Part shown: positions 26,201 to 39,139 of the stretch, piece by piece
Layout: every line of letters begins with the position of its first letter
Position numbering within the stretch: position 1 is the first letter of the stretch
NCBI GenBank assembly: GCA_036172245.1
Contig: JAYWIR010000002.1
Coordinates: 3,348,001-3,412,000, forward strand
Origin: Raillietiella orientalis
Lineage: Eukaryota
Reading direction: 5' to 3'
DNA: 64,000 nucleotides
Program-made: the position numbers and the translations under genes
The notes under the pieces: generated by a model
The model's input: the letters and a program-made list of their open reading frames with translations, nothing else
The model's database searches: none
What the model was told of the DNA's origin: nothing

Positions 26201-29161
26201 TTGTGCAACCTCCTTTCCTCCCATCTTCTCTCTGGACGGTACTGGAACCGATGCAGCCAGCAGAGAGTAAATCAGGGACATCTGGATATGATGTTTTCCG
26301 AAAAGAATCGCTTTCGCACCTGGTCAGCCTGCGCGGGCGGCAGGGACGCCTGAACCAGTCAGGGCATCTGAAACATGAAGTGACTTGCATCCGTTCGTAG
26401 CAGCCACATCCTTCCAGTGCAACTCCTTCGCCACTGCCCTCGTCCCATCTTTGTTCCCTCCATTACTAAGAGATCTGGATCTGAAGGTCTTCTATTCCCT
26501 CTGCCTTTTCTTCCTCTTCTCGTTATTGTTTCTTTGCTTTCTTCCACGGAAGCGAGGAAGGAAGCGTTCACAAGTCAGGGACCTCCTTGCAGTCACCCGA
26601 TATCGACCATCGCGGCCTCGAAACTATCTCAGAGGCTTTGTGGAAAATCAGCTGATCACACAGGAAGCCTCAACACCTCGGAGAGACGTGTCCTCAGAAA
26701 CGTTCCTTCCTCTTCGTTTCCACGTCCTGTCGCTGAACGAGTCCAGGGCGCGCTCGAAAGGACCCGCCGAATGCACAGCAAGTTTCCGCGAGTCCTTCTC
26801 ATTCCTCTAGATATTCCTGCCTTCTCGCGAGGAATGGATGCGAATCTCCTCTCAGAAACATCGATCCTCCTTTGAGATTCTCCTCTCGTGGTACCTCGTT
26901 CTCTCGCCAGTTGGCTTCGCGCCCGCCCCCGTCGGTCTGAGAAGAGCTACGTGCGCGCGCGCTGAAAGTTCCTGCCACGGGAGCGTTTCCGGTCCATTCA
27001 GAATACCCCGCCCCTTTCTTGTTGTCACTGCCTGGTCACCGTCTCCCTCGCTGTTCTCCACTGAACCTGAGTGGCCTCCGTTTCTCTTTGCGCCGAAGGT
27101 TTGCCTGCCTCTAGTCTGGAGACGGCTTTCTGGATCGGACAACTCTCCGGGTTGTGACCAGGAGCTGCGGGAAGCCGTGAGCCTCGGTCTTGGATTGATC
27201 GAGGATTCCTCCTTGGTCAACCCAAGGCGACCATTTTCAAGTTTTCACCATCTAGCGAATCACAGAACGGCGGCATCTTCCTCTTTGCTCTCCCCCTCCT
27301 CCCTACAGAGAAACACGGCTTTGTAATTTCTGTCGAGGCACCCCAAAGCAGAAGAGCGAATCGAGAAGATCCTCACGCGGAGGAGAGCGATCGGATCAGA
27401 GCAACCCCCTGCTTCTCCTCCTCCTTTTTCTCTCCCAAAGGAGGTCGTTCTTCAGGAACAGCCGGACCCTCTACAGGAGAATCACAAAAGGGAAAGACCT
27501 TGCACGAGGAGGGGCACCGGGTGCAGCATCGTCAAAGAGTGTGAGGACGAACGCACCATTCAGAACGCAGTGTGCTTCTCTTAGCGTTGTGACTCCTCGG
27601 CTTGAGGTCCAACGTGACCACCGGCGACAGTAGCCCCTCTCACGACAAGACAACGGATGCAAGGACTGCTATGGTGCACTCTCCGTGTTTAGATGATTCT
27701 TCAGCGGGAACACAAGCTGGAAGGTTCTCTCAGCCATGCGCCGCGACGATCGGCACATCAGAACCCTGCTTTCTTCAGAGCTGATACCCAGCATCCTCTC
27801 TGCAAGTCTGTCTCTCGTCGGCTGACCCCCTGGAGTGCGACGTCCGACAAAGGCGCACGCGAATGACCGCACTGTCGCGTTCTTCCACCGCGGTCAACGC
27901 TCGATCGTTAACTCCGCGTCTTCAAGCCACCTTTCAGCCTAGATCCCCTTTTGAACGCATCTCCATGGAGAAAAGAAAAGCGGAAGAAGTCCAAAGAGCA
28001 GGTTTATTTCAAGAAGCACCTTCTCGCGTCTGGGTAAGTTTTCGAGGAACACTTCGTGTCTACGTTTCTCTCCGTGCCTAAGATGAAGAGCACTTGGGGC
28101 AAACGGAAGGGTTAGGGAGGGGGGAAGGTGTTCTCTCCACCAGCTCTCACAGGGTACGCAATTCGCCGCCGCTAACGGCATTTGGGTAACTCGGAGTGCC
28201 GGCCCCACGAGGGAGAACACTGTCCGAGGGGGCACCGTCGACCTCAGTTTGTCGAGCTCACTTCGAGGCGCGCGGTCCGGGACGCGCCAACGATGCGAGG
28301 TGGAGCTGTGGAGGGCCGGCCATGCCGAGTCGCGCTCCTCATTACCAAGGATGCGCAGCAAACAAGCAAAGTAGACCGCTAGGCATCTCGCGGCTTTAAA
28401 CGTCCCATCGCATCCAGTGGCTCTCCGACGGGCTTCCGTCGAGGAGGCCGCAGCGGGGAAGCGTGGTGACCACTCATCAGCACGTAACCTTTCCATTCGT
28501 CCAGAGGTGCAGTGATTTCTTCCTTGTTCCTTGTCTCCTAAAGGGGCCAGTCGAACTGCGCATCGCAAAGGTGACCGGTGGAGCAGTTTTCCTGTCTTCC
28601 CAGCCCTACTTCCTTATAGGACGGTGGACGCTTCGACGACTCGTGATATTGACGACATGCTGTTGACCCCGAGGCAAGTGGCATCGCGTAGCGCACAAGC
28701 GGGCAACGAGGCGAGTCCAGGTGCTGGAGGGACGCCTCCCTGCTCGGCCGCTCGCGTCGGAGAGCTCAGCAAAAGGCACGGCGAAAATTCGATCTCCCTG
28801 CCTTACACCGGCAAGGCCCACAGAGACTCCCCTTTCCTCGAAGCTGCTCCCTGGAGCGCTGCACTAGGGAGCTGCAGTGACATCCCCTTCGTGGAAAACT
28901 TTCTGCACGCACTGGAGCATCACGGAATCTTCTGGAGCAATTCTGAGGAGTGTCACCCAGTGAGTTGGTTCTTGCGGACGAGCTCTTGCGTTTTGGTTGA
29001 CGTGCCAGATGGCTGACGCAGCCATCTGGCGCGCCAGCCAGCCGCCTGTTCCCTTTCGCGGGTGAACTAGCTTAAAGGCAGGCCACTGCTGCATCTCTCC
29101 CATGGGAAGGCTAGCTCCGTCCCCAGAAGTGCAGCTGCAATCCCTGACCTTTTCCAGTACG

Positions 29162-29524
29162 GCATCCGCATCCGTCGGGAGCGGAAGAAGCGCAGGCCTC
29201 CTTCTTGTCTAGAAGGGGTCAAGTCCTTCCGCCGCGTCTCGGATGCGGCGCAGCCCCGCGGGGACCGCGCCGGCTGAACAGTCTCAGGGGACGACGGGGA
29301 AGAAGGGATGGGAGAAAAGGGGCGCGACAAAGACGTCGCATGCGGCTGTCCTCTCAGGAAGGGGAGCGGGGGAGGCAGAATTTGGCTGCCGCGAAAGGGG
29401 GCCACGGCACGTTGCGCCTTTTCCGTACACAAGGGCGGGCCAGGCCAACGCTGGAGGGAACGAACCCGTGGTCACCAGACTAGGTAGGAAGTCGGCGCCG
29501 ATTTTCCTACGGGAATTCCCAAGG
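29162..29524 (+). repeat. ~363 bp repeat, inverted copy of 32232-32594
   Basis: Direct comparison shows only about 9 substitutions versus the reverse complement of 32232-32594. Confidence 0.9.
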
Positions 29525-29529
29525 ACCAC

Positions 29530-30520
29530 AGAAATCCGGTCTAACCCATGTGGCCCCTCTCCCATGGTCTCCTGCCTCCAGGCATTCAGATTTCTGTACA
29601 AGCAGGGAATCTGGAAATGTTCTCCAATCGTAGTCGGTGATTCGGAGGGCAAGTTAAGCCACAGAGGCGCAGTCTGATTGGGGAAGTCGGGGCATTGCAA
29701 GTCCCTCTCAGCCGTCCACTAACTAGCCCTAGCTTCTGGCAGGTGGGTGGAGACCTCCGGAGGGCTCATGAGCTGCGCGCCAGGACAAGCCCCTCATGCT
29801 GGAACTGCAGTTCTGCTGTCAGGAGCTTCAGCCCTCCATCTCTACGTGGAGGACCACCAAGCCTTCAGGGCGAATCTCAGATCTCTCTCGAAACCACACC
29901 TAGATTTCATCAAGAGGGTCCCGACCAGTGCCTTTGTTGCTCTTGAAAAGGAAGCAGGAAGAATGCAGTAGGATGGGGGGAGGGCACGGCAAAACGAAAC
30001 GGTGGAAGAATGTAAGCGGAAAGAATTTCTGGTTCCCATTTGCAGTCTTGAAGGCTGGAGGGAAGGAATGGGTCTGGTGGCCTCTCGGTTGATGAGGACA
30101 GGACAAAATCGAAGACAGTGGTGACTCCTTCTAACAACTGTTGATAGAGATCCACGGCGATGCTGTGATATGCACGTGCGCAATGGTCAGGCGCGCGAGA
30201 GGAGGGATGCTGCTGGTGCAGTGGAGATTCGAAGCCTCTGATGGCGTTCTCGGAGGTCTCTGTACCAAGGCCTTAGCTCTTGAGTCGTCTCCGATACCCA
30301 GATAGCAGTTCGTCATGCAGTTGTGTTTCATGAAGCAGAACTCTGAATGAAATCCGAACAGACTGGCACCGCCTCCTTGCATTGAGCCTGAGCGCTAGAA
30401 AGGAGCGCATCAGCGCCTTTCAGGAGAAGCAATGCTTTGGTCAATGGAAGTCCAGAAAACTCACCACCAACAACCTGGGAAAAGTTCCCTAGGACAAAGT
30501 GAAACCGAACCAGAAGTACA
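29530..30520 (-). mobile_element. decayed RT core
   Basis: LFGFHSEFCFMKHNCMTN (cf. Q.GF...SC.TN) and VLINREATRPIP (cf. INGE.T.P). Confidence 0.35.
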
Positions 30521-30799
30521 TTCAAGCCACCACCATCCCCGCTAGTTGTAGAGCTGTCCTCCCTATGGAAGATGAACAGCTGCCAGCCTTCAAGGTGGAT
30601 GGCCTCGCGCTTCGTAGCAGAAGTTACGAAACCTCTAGGCGAATGCTCGACAGGCCAGCCGGCCGAGGCAGCAACATCCGATGCTCATCCACCGTGACCA
30701 CTCCCTCCTTAAAGAAATGTTGCATGCACCAGCCTCCGGAATCAAGATTCCTTCTCTTCGTTCAATCTTCTCCGTGCTCCCCCTCGAGCTCCAGCGTGC

Positions 30800-31300
30800 G
30801 ACTCACTGTTCTTGCACTGAGACAGACGACGCCCGGCACCTCCCGATGAGGGGAAGCCGGGAGTCTCCTGGCCCAAACTGCTCCGCTGCGGAGAACTGGA
30901 AGCGCTTTCTCACTATCTTCTGGACGGCTGTCTTTCTGAGCATTTGGAAATGCTTCGAGGCTTCCATCCTGAAGACACCCAGCTGCCGGGGGACTGCTGC
31001 ATGTGTGAGGAGCTTTTACCCACAGCCCCGGGCGCAATCCTGTGCTGTGTCGGGGGGGTCATGGCTCCTCAGTGCACGCAGGAGGCGCTCCAGCAAGGTC
31101 GGGAATCCGCAAGCTCCGCTTCATCACGGATCAGGAATGTGGCGATATGGTCGAACCTGAAACACGGAGTGTAGAAGGATGCCGCCTGCATCTCTGTGCG
31201 ATGCAGACAGCGAAGAACAGAGCTGGGAACAGAGCTGCAGAAGACACGGAACTCTGAGAACCAAGACGTGCTCTCCAATCCAACAACTCCAGGAACTTGG
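30800..31300 (+). mobile_element. Tx1-like RT N-terminal remnant
   Basis: ESPGPNCSAAENWKRF (cf. KSPGPDG..AE.YK.F) and AQSCAVSGGS (cf. Q.C.V.GRS). Confidence 0.45.
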
Positions 31301-32231
31301 AATTCGTCCAACGCTCTTAAAATTTTCCTATTCCTTTATTCGCAAAGGGAACCACTTCTTGCGGGGATCTCTAATTCTGGAGGTTCCTTCATCGCACCCC
31401 GAGTACGGACCTCATCTCACCCAGCTCCAGACTCAGCGGCAAAGACGATGCAAGAAAGAATGTGGTGCAAACGATGGTGGAAGTTGCAGGATACCCATCT
31501 ATCAGAATTGTGACTCCAACTGGAATGCCGTGATGATGATCTGGTAGCATGGCAACGATTCCGGGAGCTTTTGGTACAGCAGTCCTCCACGCGCTATCGT
31601 TTTTTCACCTTCTCTTTGAACTTCCTTCTTGTTGTTGTTGCTTCAGGAACTATGTCCCTAACTTGCTTGTTTGTTGAGCTTCCTTCCCAGGTCACCCCGT
31701 CTAATCCACGCCCACATCTAATTCAGGCTAACGGTAGAAGTCATGACCTCCTAAAAAGAGCGCGAGTCACGCGGAAGGTCTATCAGGAGTTTCACCTGAG
31801 AAAACAGCGCCGGGCGCCAGAGTCGACTTTCAAAAGGCTTCCTGCTGTATCAGTCAGCATCCCCTTCTCAAGCTGCTCGAGAAGGTTACCTTTAAACCTT
31901 CTTAGATGCCTGCGCGAGCTGCGGTGTGGAGTACGTGTCCATCTTCTCTAAAGATCAGCTCACCCGAGGCACGAAGAGCTCCACAGAGCGGAGGCGGTGT
32001 GGATCCGGTGCCCGAACCGGTGCCGAGCGCGTCCCGGCACGCTCCAGCTGCCTCTCTCTCGTCCGACTCCGACGGGACCGCGCCTGAATGGCGACCCGCG
32101 CCGACGACCTGCTCCCCCTGTCGCCTGCGCGGTGCCCAGCAACGTCGCCGCACCACGCGTCCTCCGAACTCGTTCACAGGGGCGCCGGCGTTTCGGCAAA
32201 AGTCGTGTCTTCGGGCGCAGCGTCGGACCGC

Positions 32232-32594
32232 CCTTGGGAATTCCCGTAGGAAAATCGGCGCCGACTTCCTACCTAGTCTGGTGACCACGGGTTCGTTCCC
32301 TCCAGCGTTGGCCTGGCCCGCCCTTGTGTACGGAAAAGGCTCAACGTGCCGTGGCCTCCTTTCGCGGCGGCCAAATTCTGCCTCCCCCGCTCCCCTTCCT
32401 GAGAGGACACTTGCATGCGACGTCTTTGTCGCACCCCTTTTCTCCCATCCCTTCTTCCCCGTCGTCCCCTGAGACTGTTCAGCCGGCGCGGTCCCCGCGG
32501 GGCTGCGCCACATCCGAGACGCGGCGGAAGGACTTGACCCCTTCTGGACAAGAAGGAGGCCTGCGCTTCTTCCGCTCCCGACGGATGCGGATGC
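32232..32594 (-). repeat. ~363 bp repeat, inverted copy of 29162-29524
   Basis: Same comparison; near-identical ORF translations on opposite strands. Confidence 0.9.
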
Positions 32595-32904
32595 GAGCGC
32601 CATGCCGACCCTGGCGGCGGGTCTCCGGTGCCGCGCGATTCTGATGAAGGGTGCGGGAAAATGCGGAAGGGGCGGCCGCAGCATCCGCCCTCTCGCTCAA
32701 CGACCGGCACGGCCGAGGTCCGTGCGACCCGCTCCTCCCGACCGTGTTGCTGCTGGGGGAAGGTACGGCAGCGCCATCCGTCTTGCAGGGACACCGGCCG
32801 GTGGTGTCCTGCTTCCCAGATCCCGGAGTGTGGCCATTCGGGACTCCGTGCGTCCGTTAGTTCATCGTTTCATCAGCGGGACCGACGTTCCTGCAGAGTA
32901 GGGT

Positions 32905-35000
32905 TTATGTCCCGGTCACGTCGGGGCGTTTATTATAGAAAATAATAAACATACATGTGTAGGGCCATCGACCTTACGTTGTCCGAAAATGCTCGGAACC
33001 TGCCGAGTAACCAGCACGCAGGCGGTCAAGGATCGCTTCGGCAGCGGAGGGGAAGAAGGCAAACAAAAAGAAAAATCAATAACAAAAAGAACTCTAGGGG
33101 GCACGGGAAGGGACCACCGGGAGCTGGGAAGCGTTCTCTGCATCCTTTCCAGGATGCCGACAAGTTCCATTCGAGTATGTGTTCCAGGTGGGGCCATCTT
33201 GCTGCCGTGCGCAGGAAGCGCAGGGAGAAGCAGATGGCGTTCCTGTTGCGCCGTCCTCCTCTCGCGTAGCTCCAGGCCTCCACAATCCCACGTAGACAGC
33301 AGCAAAGAGCTGCTGGGGATGCGGTAGACTAAAGGGCATGGCGCACGAAAAGGCGTCCCTGGGATTGACGGTTGGTGCACCAAGGGCCGTTGCGTAACGC
33401 AACCACAGGGGCTGGAGGGCAACGCAGTCTGCAAGTAAGTGTAGGAAGGATTCCCGTTCCCCGGACCTGCACCATGGAGTCCATAGCCTCCCTGGTTCAG
33501 TAAGAGCGGCGGGCATTGCACTCGCGGTCCCAGTGCAGCAGCAGAAGTGCCGACTCCTGCCTCCTCAGTGGGAGGGCCCGATTGTTTTTCAGCGCCGAGG
33601 TCCACTCAAGGTCAATCTTGTGGGATTCCCAGCAGCTCACTCCAGTACAACAGTTCTTTTGGTGGGGTAATTGGGGTCACAGCGTCCTTGGGGGGGGGCG
33701 TGGTCCAACCACCTAATTTCTTCCCTCTCCACCGATCTCACATCGGACCTCCCATCTGGCCGCCTGGTTACTTCCCAGGTGCTCCCTGGAGGAGGACAGT
33801 GCCGCGGCTAGGGAGGTTCTTTGCTCCCACGCACATGTGGCGGGTTGCACGATGAAGTCCTGTAGCGTGGGGGGTGACCCGCCGTATCTCTGCGGTCACC
33901 AAGTCCAGAGGGCAGTGGGAAGCGTCTCGGCTGGCGAGCGAGGCCGCATCAGAAGTTGAACGGAAGAGTGGGTGGAGCTTCCCGTCATTTTTCGCGAAAA
34001 CTTTAGAATCCCGGCCTTTCCAGCGGACACCTCGGTCCTCACAACCCTTCACCTGAGGACCGCCATCTTGCTGGCGCACTGAACTTTTCCCCGCAACCAG
34101 GGACGTCCAAACTCCGCCTCAGATGAGGGAAGAGGGAGGGGAACGTCTCGAAAAAAGCGCACTTATCGAGTGCGAAAGGGTGCGCTGGGTCGGAGCCGTA
34201 AACACGTCTCCGGAACACGTCCGATCCCGACACTGCCCCTTGGGACTTTCTCAAAGCCTCGTCGCGTTCCTCCAGGCTAGCAGGTCACCTCGCCGTCGGC
34301 AGCTCCCCTTCAAGATGGAGGAAACGTGTGGACATCATCCCGGAGAGTTGTCTTCGAGCTCCACGGACAAAATACGGAAGGTTGTAGGGGTGACCCATCC
34401 ACAGGAAGTGGGACACGGGGGAATCTTAGAGAGCTGGCGGGAACCTGATGGCAAGTTCCTGCTTGTGGATCCAAGTAGGGTCAACCCGTCACGATCTGGT
34501 AAAGGGAATGGCGATCGGAACGGCATCTCTGGTGCTCTGGTCCTTGTCTGCGTAGCTTCGGATCAGCCAACGCGCTGCGGAAGCAGCAGAGGGCTGAGAC
34601 CGCCGCAGCGTTCCTATCCTTCGGGAAGAGAGGTATCGAAATGACCCTCGGCTCGTGCGTCACGCGAGAGAGGAAGGTGCCTTGAAGATTGGAGGTCATG
34701 ACCAAGGGATCTCGTCGAGGGGGCCTCACGGCACCTCCACACTCCTCGGGGGAGCAATGCGACCGGAGATGAACAGGCAAGCCGAACAGAGACCTGGAGG
34801 AAACGGAGAGGACCGTCCGCGGATCGAATGATGGAGGCGAACGCGGATATCTCCCCAGAGATCTCGCTGCTTTCGTTGCTCCTCCCGCGCCGTGCCGCAG
34901 CCGCAGCCTCCGCAAGGATTCCAAAGCCGAGGGGCGGAGCTCTGGACCGATCTTACAAGCCGGGGTGGTCTCCTCGGAAACAGAGGACAAGAAGGTGCAG
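32905..35000 (-). mobile_element. Tx1/L1-like LINE, RT to 3' end
   Basis: LSPLL, RILSVEL, ALPLRRQESALLLLH and PWCRSGERESFLHLLADC occur in order; AATAAA + stem-loop at 32934-32911. The upstream part is heavily frameshifted. Confidence 0.65.
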
Positions 35001-35349
35001 GGGCCCTCCTCCGGCAAGAAGAAGTTCTCTGGAGTGAAACCCGGGGACGGAAAGACGGGAAGCTGGTGAATCCTGGGAAAAAAGAGGACGAGGACGCTCT
35101 AGGATGATCCGTGGCTGAAAGCAACCAGAAAGATATGCGGCTCGCGTCTTAGCGGCTCCAGGAGAAACAAGGGAAGAGGAAAGGGGAAAATCCGATGGCT
35201 GATAGAACAGTATTCTACACTCTAGCAGAATACTACTGTTCTACTGGAATCGGCAGAAAAGCGACTGCCGACTCCAAAAAAAAATGCTAGAAATTCCATT
35301 TCCGTACCCCCGCGGGTTCCTTCTGCAGGAACCCGGCATCCTAGCGGAG

Positions 35350-37022
35350 TGCCGGGCGGACAAATCCCCACTCTAGGACACTGGCTTCCGCCTCCATCGC
35401 ATCTTCGGCGCAGAGAAGCGGGACCTCGGGTATCAGGGAAGAATGGGGTACTGATGCTGGGAGGAACCGTGAATTTCTTTCTCGAGGGAGCAGCGCGCGC
35501 TGGCAACTGCGTGGCTGCGGTCTTTGCACGTGGTACCAAGTGTTGCTGGTTCGAACACCCGCAAAGGATGGTGGAGAGTCAACTCCAGTGTAGAAGATTA
35601 GCCCGTGAGGCGAAGTTCTGGACCACCCACTGGCGCGTCCCAGACAGACTCTTGGCCGAGAGAGCAGCCGGCGCCGAGGAACTCCGTGCGTTCCTTGTGT
35701 ATGGCCACCGAGAGTTGCTCCGACGCGGATACCAACTCCGGCAGGTGGTCGCCTCGGTCCAGGAGAGCGAGTGGATTTCCTGTCGTCCCGCCAACTGTAA
35801 TGGCTGGAAACAAGAAACGGGTCAGGCGTGGGCGGAAAGAAACATCACGAGGCCCGGAGCCATTGCGATGCCTGCGGTTCTCGAACTGCGCTCGCTGCTC
35901 ATTGCAGGAAATCATGGGCTGCCCAAAGAAGACCACCCGGGCATTCAGCACCTCGCTTGGGGCCACGCTGAGTGCAATCCAACTAAATGGACTTGAAGAT
36001 GGCCTTGCATAAGGAGAAGTATGCTGGGAGATGGAGGGAAAAAAGAAGCAGCTGGGATGCTGGACGGTGCGCCAAGTGGCTGGCGCATGTACCTCCTCCG
36101 TCCCCCTCCGAAGGAAATCGTTCCTGGATGAAACTCCTGGGCATTCCTCCTCGACGAGGCAGAAATGCCCCCAGTGTTTGTGGACAGCTCCACGCTTCCT
36201 CTGAAACGGCAGGACTCGGCATTGCAGTTGCGCTGGGAGATCCCATGCAACGCACGAGTCCACCACTGGACAAGGGGAGTGCAGCCCCATTCTGTGCCAG
36301 GTGTGGGGAGCGGGAAAACCTTTTCGTACCTGTCGCTGGACTTTGTTACCCTCCTGATTGTCCGGGAACGTTTCGTTGCGGCCCTCCCATTCCCTGTGGG
36401 CAACTGCAAAGAGGTTTCGCGGTGCCTCTTCGTGCGCGACGCGATGTCGCTTGCAGCTTCCGTTGCAGCACGGTGCTGCAAGGGAAGGCAAAAAAGAAAA
36501 ATTTTGCATGGATGTAGTATCGTGTTTAAACCAGCCGAAATGCTGCACCGTTGTACGACAATTGCCTTTGTGGGACCGTGGTGGAGAGAACCCGCGCCGA
36601 AAGACGGCAGTCGAAACGGCGAGGCCATCCCAATAGTCTGCTTTTTCACGAGGAAGGCGACAAGATGGCCACATCTCTGACAACAAAAGGAGGGAGTTGC
36701 CAACATCCTCCAAAAGGATGCTGAGGAAGCCAGAAAGAAATCTACGATCCCTTCCCTTCCTCCTCCCTCCACTCAACATTTTAAAACTGAGCTTTTGTGT
36801 TTTTTTTTTTTTGTTTTTGTTTTTGTTCACCCCTTCCCCCACTTCTGTGCAGGCTTCATCGGGCAGCTGCTCACGAGGACAACCTCCAAGGCCTTTTGGC
36901 CTTTTCCTTCGTAGTGGTGAGCTCAAACCACCAGAATTGGATGATACATGACTGTTTTTTTTTTCCTGTGAATATTCTTTACAATAAACGCCCCGGCATC
37001 GTGGCTGGGTGAGAATAAAAAA
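35350..37022 (+). mobile_element. Tx1/L1-like LINE ORF2 3' half + 3'UTR
   Basis: PFCARCGERENLF (zf-RVT), RKATRWPHL (homologous to TASRWPH in other copies), T-rich UTR, AATAAA + stem-loop at 36983-37011, short A tail. Confidence 0.75.
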
Positions 37023-38095
37023 TGGACGCCGAGAAATGAGGGCCTTGCGGATTTCCAGATTCCCCGCAAGATGACGCTGGTTGGTCTACAGGCTTCGAAT
37101 GCGGCGCCACTGGTTGACACCCTGTCACGCCGGGGTGTTTATTTCTAAACCTACATGTCTGTGACAGGACGTTTGATCCTGCCACGTTACTTATGAATAC
37201 GAAAAGGAGGAGTCTGCCGGGATCTGGCACGCAGGTCAGCAGGGTACGTCTCGGCAGCACGAGGGAAGGGAAGACGAACAAAAAGAGGAAAACAAACCAA
37301 AAAAACTGCAGGCATAAAAGATGAAGGGAGGGGAGGGGGGCTCGGGAAGGGATGACTGTGTGTTGGAGGGCGCCCGCTGAATCCTTGTAAGGATGCCGGC
37401 AAGTTCCTGTTTTATGGTTCCCAGATGGGGCCATCTTGACGCTGTCCTCATGTAGAGGACAGCAAAATGGATGGCGTTCCTATCGTTCTGGCCTCTGGTG
37501 TTCCATGCGGCGACGATCCCGATCCCGCGTAGGCAGCACAGTGCTGCTAGGGATGCCCCCGTTGAATAGCCGGGATTGGGTTCAGGGTCCTTCTAGAAAT
37601 CAAGGAGTCGGATCCCTTTGGGGCTTCCTTCCGGTTGTGAAAGAGAAGCCGTCCTTTCCCCTGGCGGGGGATCCCCCGTCTCGTACCATGGAGCTGGTGG
37701 ATGGATACCTCTCCAGAATGTCAAGAAGCGCTCTGCTCTCTTAGGGGTGCGACCTTTCAGAGAAATTGGGAAGCGTTCCTTCGGGATTCCTCTTCAGAGG
37801 AGTAAAAACAAGGAACAGTTCCTTCGCGGGTTCCCTCCGAAGAAGAAATTCCAGGAGCGGGTCCTTTCCGGATTCGCTTGAGACAAGAAAGGAGGCGCAG
37901 ATCCCACAAACCGGAGAGAATAAGGAAGAGGTGGTTCCATTCGGAGTTCCCTTCAGAGACAACCAGGGCGAGAAACGAACTCCTTCCTCTGGGGTCTTCC
38001 TGGATTTCATAGTGTGGTCCGCTCCTGAGGAGCCCCCTATCTTGAAGAGTCAACACGCACCGCCAGGTCGCGTAGGACAGTGTGAAAAGAGCTGA
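37023..38095 (+). mobile_element. SINE-like host element interrupted by a LINE
   Basis: 37023-37114 matches rc of 22828-22917; 37551-38095 matches 15050-15570. Confidence 0.75.
37115..37555 (-). mobile_element. 5'-truncated Tx1-like LINE (same subfamily as 22083-22827)
   Basis: MRTASRWPHLGTIKQELAGILTR versus MKTASRWPHMGTIKQELAGILTR; stem-loop at 37137-37118; same 3' junction gggtgtca|accagtg. Confidence 0.85.
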
Positions 38096-38249
38096 GTAAG
38101 GCCCTAGGCCTTGAGTACTTGGCGAGTCAAAAAAAGGGATTCCGAAAAAAAAGAAAAAGAAAGAGGGGGGGGGGGGGCTAGAAGGAAAACGGCGAAACGG
38201 AAAAGGATCCAGCACGACTTTCCTCAAGTTTTCAACTAGCAATAATCGC

Positions 38250-38800
38250 GCCTCCCTTTCGTTCAGCGGCCGCGATACTGCCCGTGTGCAAAGCACCCGA
38301 TGCAGCTGACCACACTGCTCTTCCGGCTACGAGTTGATCCGAACGAACCTCTCTCCGATGATGAGACGGCAGAGATGGTCGGATGGCCGTTCGTCGTCTC
38401 TGCACTTGAGCACAAGCGAACGAACGGCGCACCGGCGCTGAAGTCCACTGTAGCCGCGGAGCAGATTCCATGTGCCTTCACTCAACATCTTCATCCCATG
38501 AGTGCTAGATGCATGCGCATCGCCCGTCCGTATCCCCTGCTTAAGGGTTCAGCTGAACTTTCGGACTGCCTGCCGCCCCAAGCTGACGATGGCCGTTCAC
38601 GAGGCGCTGGAAGTTTGGAACTTCTTTAGCTACTGCGGCTCCAGCCCCTGCCTCGGAAAGGAGCACCGATGTGGGCGAGTGCATCTTTTACCAGAGAGCG
38701 CAAATCCTCAGAGGCACCTGAGGCCAACAGGATCGCACGTTCTCGAAGAACCGCGAAAGGATGCAACACAGGATGTGCCTGTTCCACCGCTGGCGCGCTT
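38250..38800 (+). mobile_element. APE C-terminal remnant
   Basis: AFTQHLHPMSARCMRI (cf. FT...SRLDRI), ELSD, RGAG/EVWNF (cf. G.G.WKLN). Confidence 0.35.
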
Positions 38801-39139
38801 TCGCAGCAGCCTTGCACGCGCCTGCCCTGCACTCCGGCATCGGCGAGGAGAGAATGGTCCACTCTGGGAGTAGGGGATCCCTACGATCTGATGACTTGGA
38901 AATGCTTCGCTCATACGTGCAGCTGGGGTGACACTGCGAAGCGACAAGACAGGGAAGGGGGGGGGGGGCGCTCTCTGCTACCGAGTGCATCTGGAAGTCA
39001 ACTTCCGTGGTTGTGGACAGAACGCGGGAAAACTTCAAGATGAAGAGGGTGCTTTTTGATTTCCAAGGAATTTTTCAGCTAAGAGGGTTCTTCCCTCTGA
39101 GCCCTAAACAAGGCTTGCCCTCCGATGATAAGGATCGGG

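Noticed and set aside
35598-36926. 442-aa ORF on the minus strand
   Set aside because: It is the antisense shadow of the + strand LINE ORF2/3'UTR and has no recognisable domain.
38880-38925. Minimal hammerhead (CTGATGActtgGAAA)
   Set aside because: Stem I is mismatched next to the core and stem II is non-canonical.
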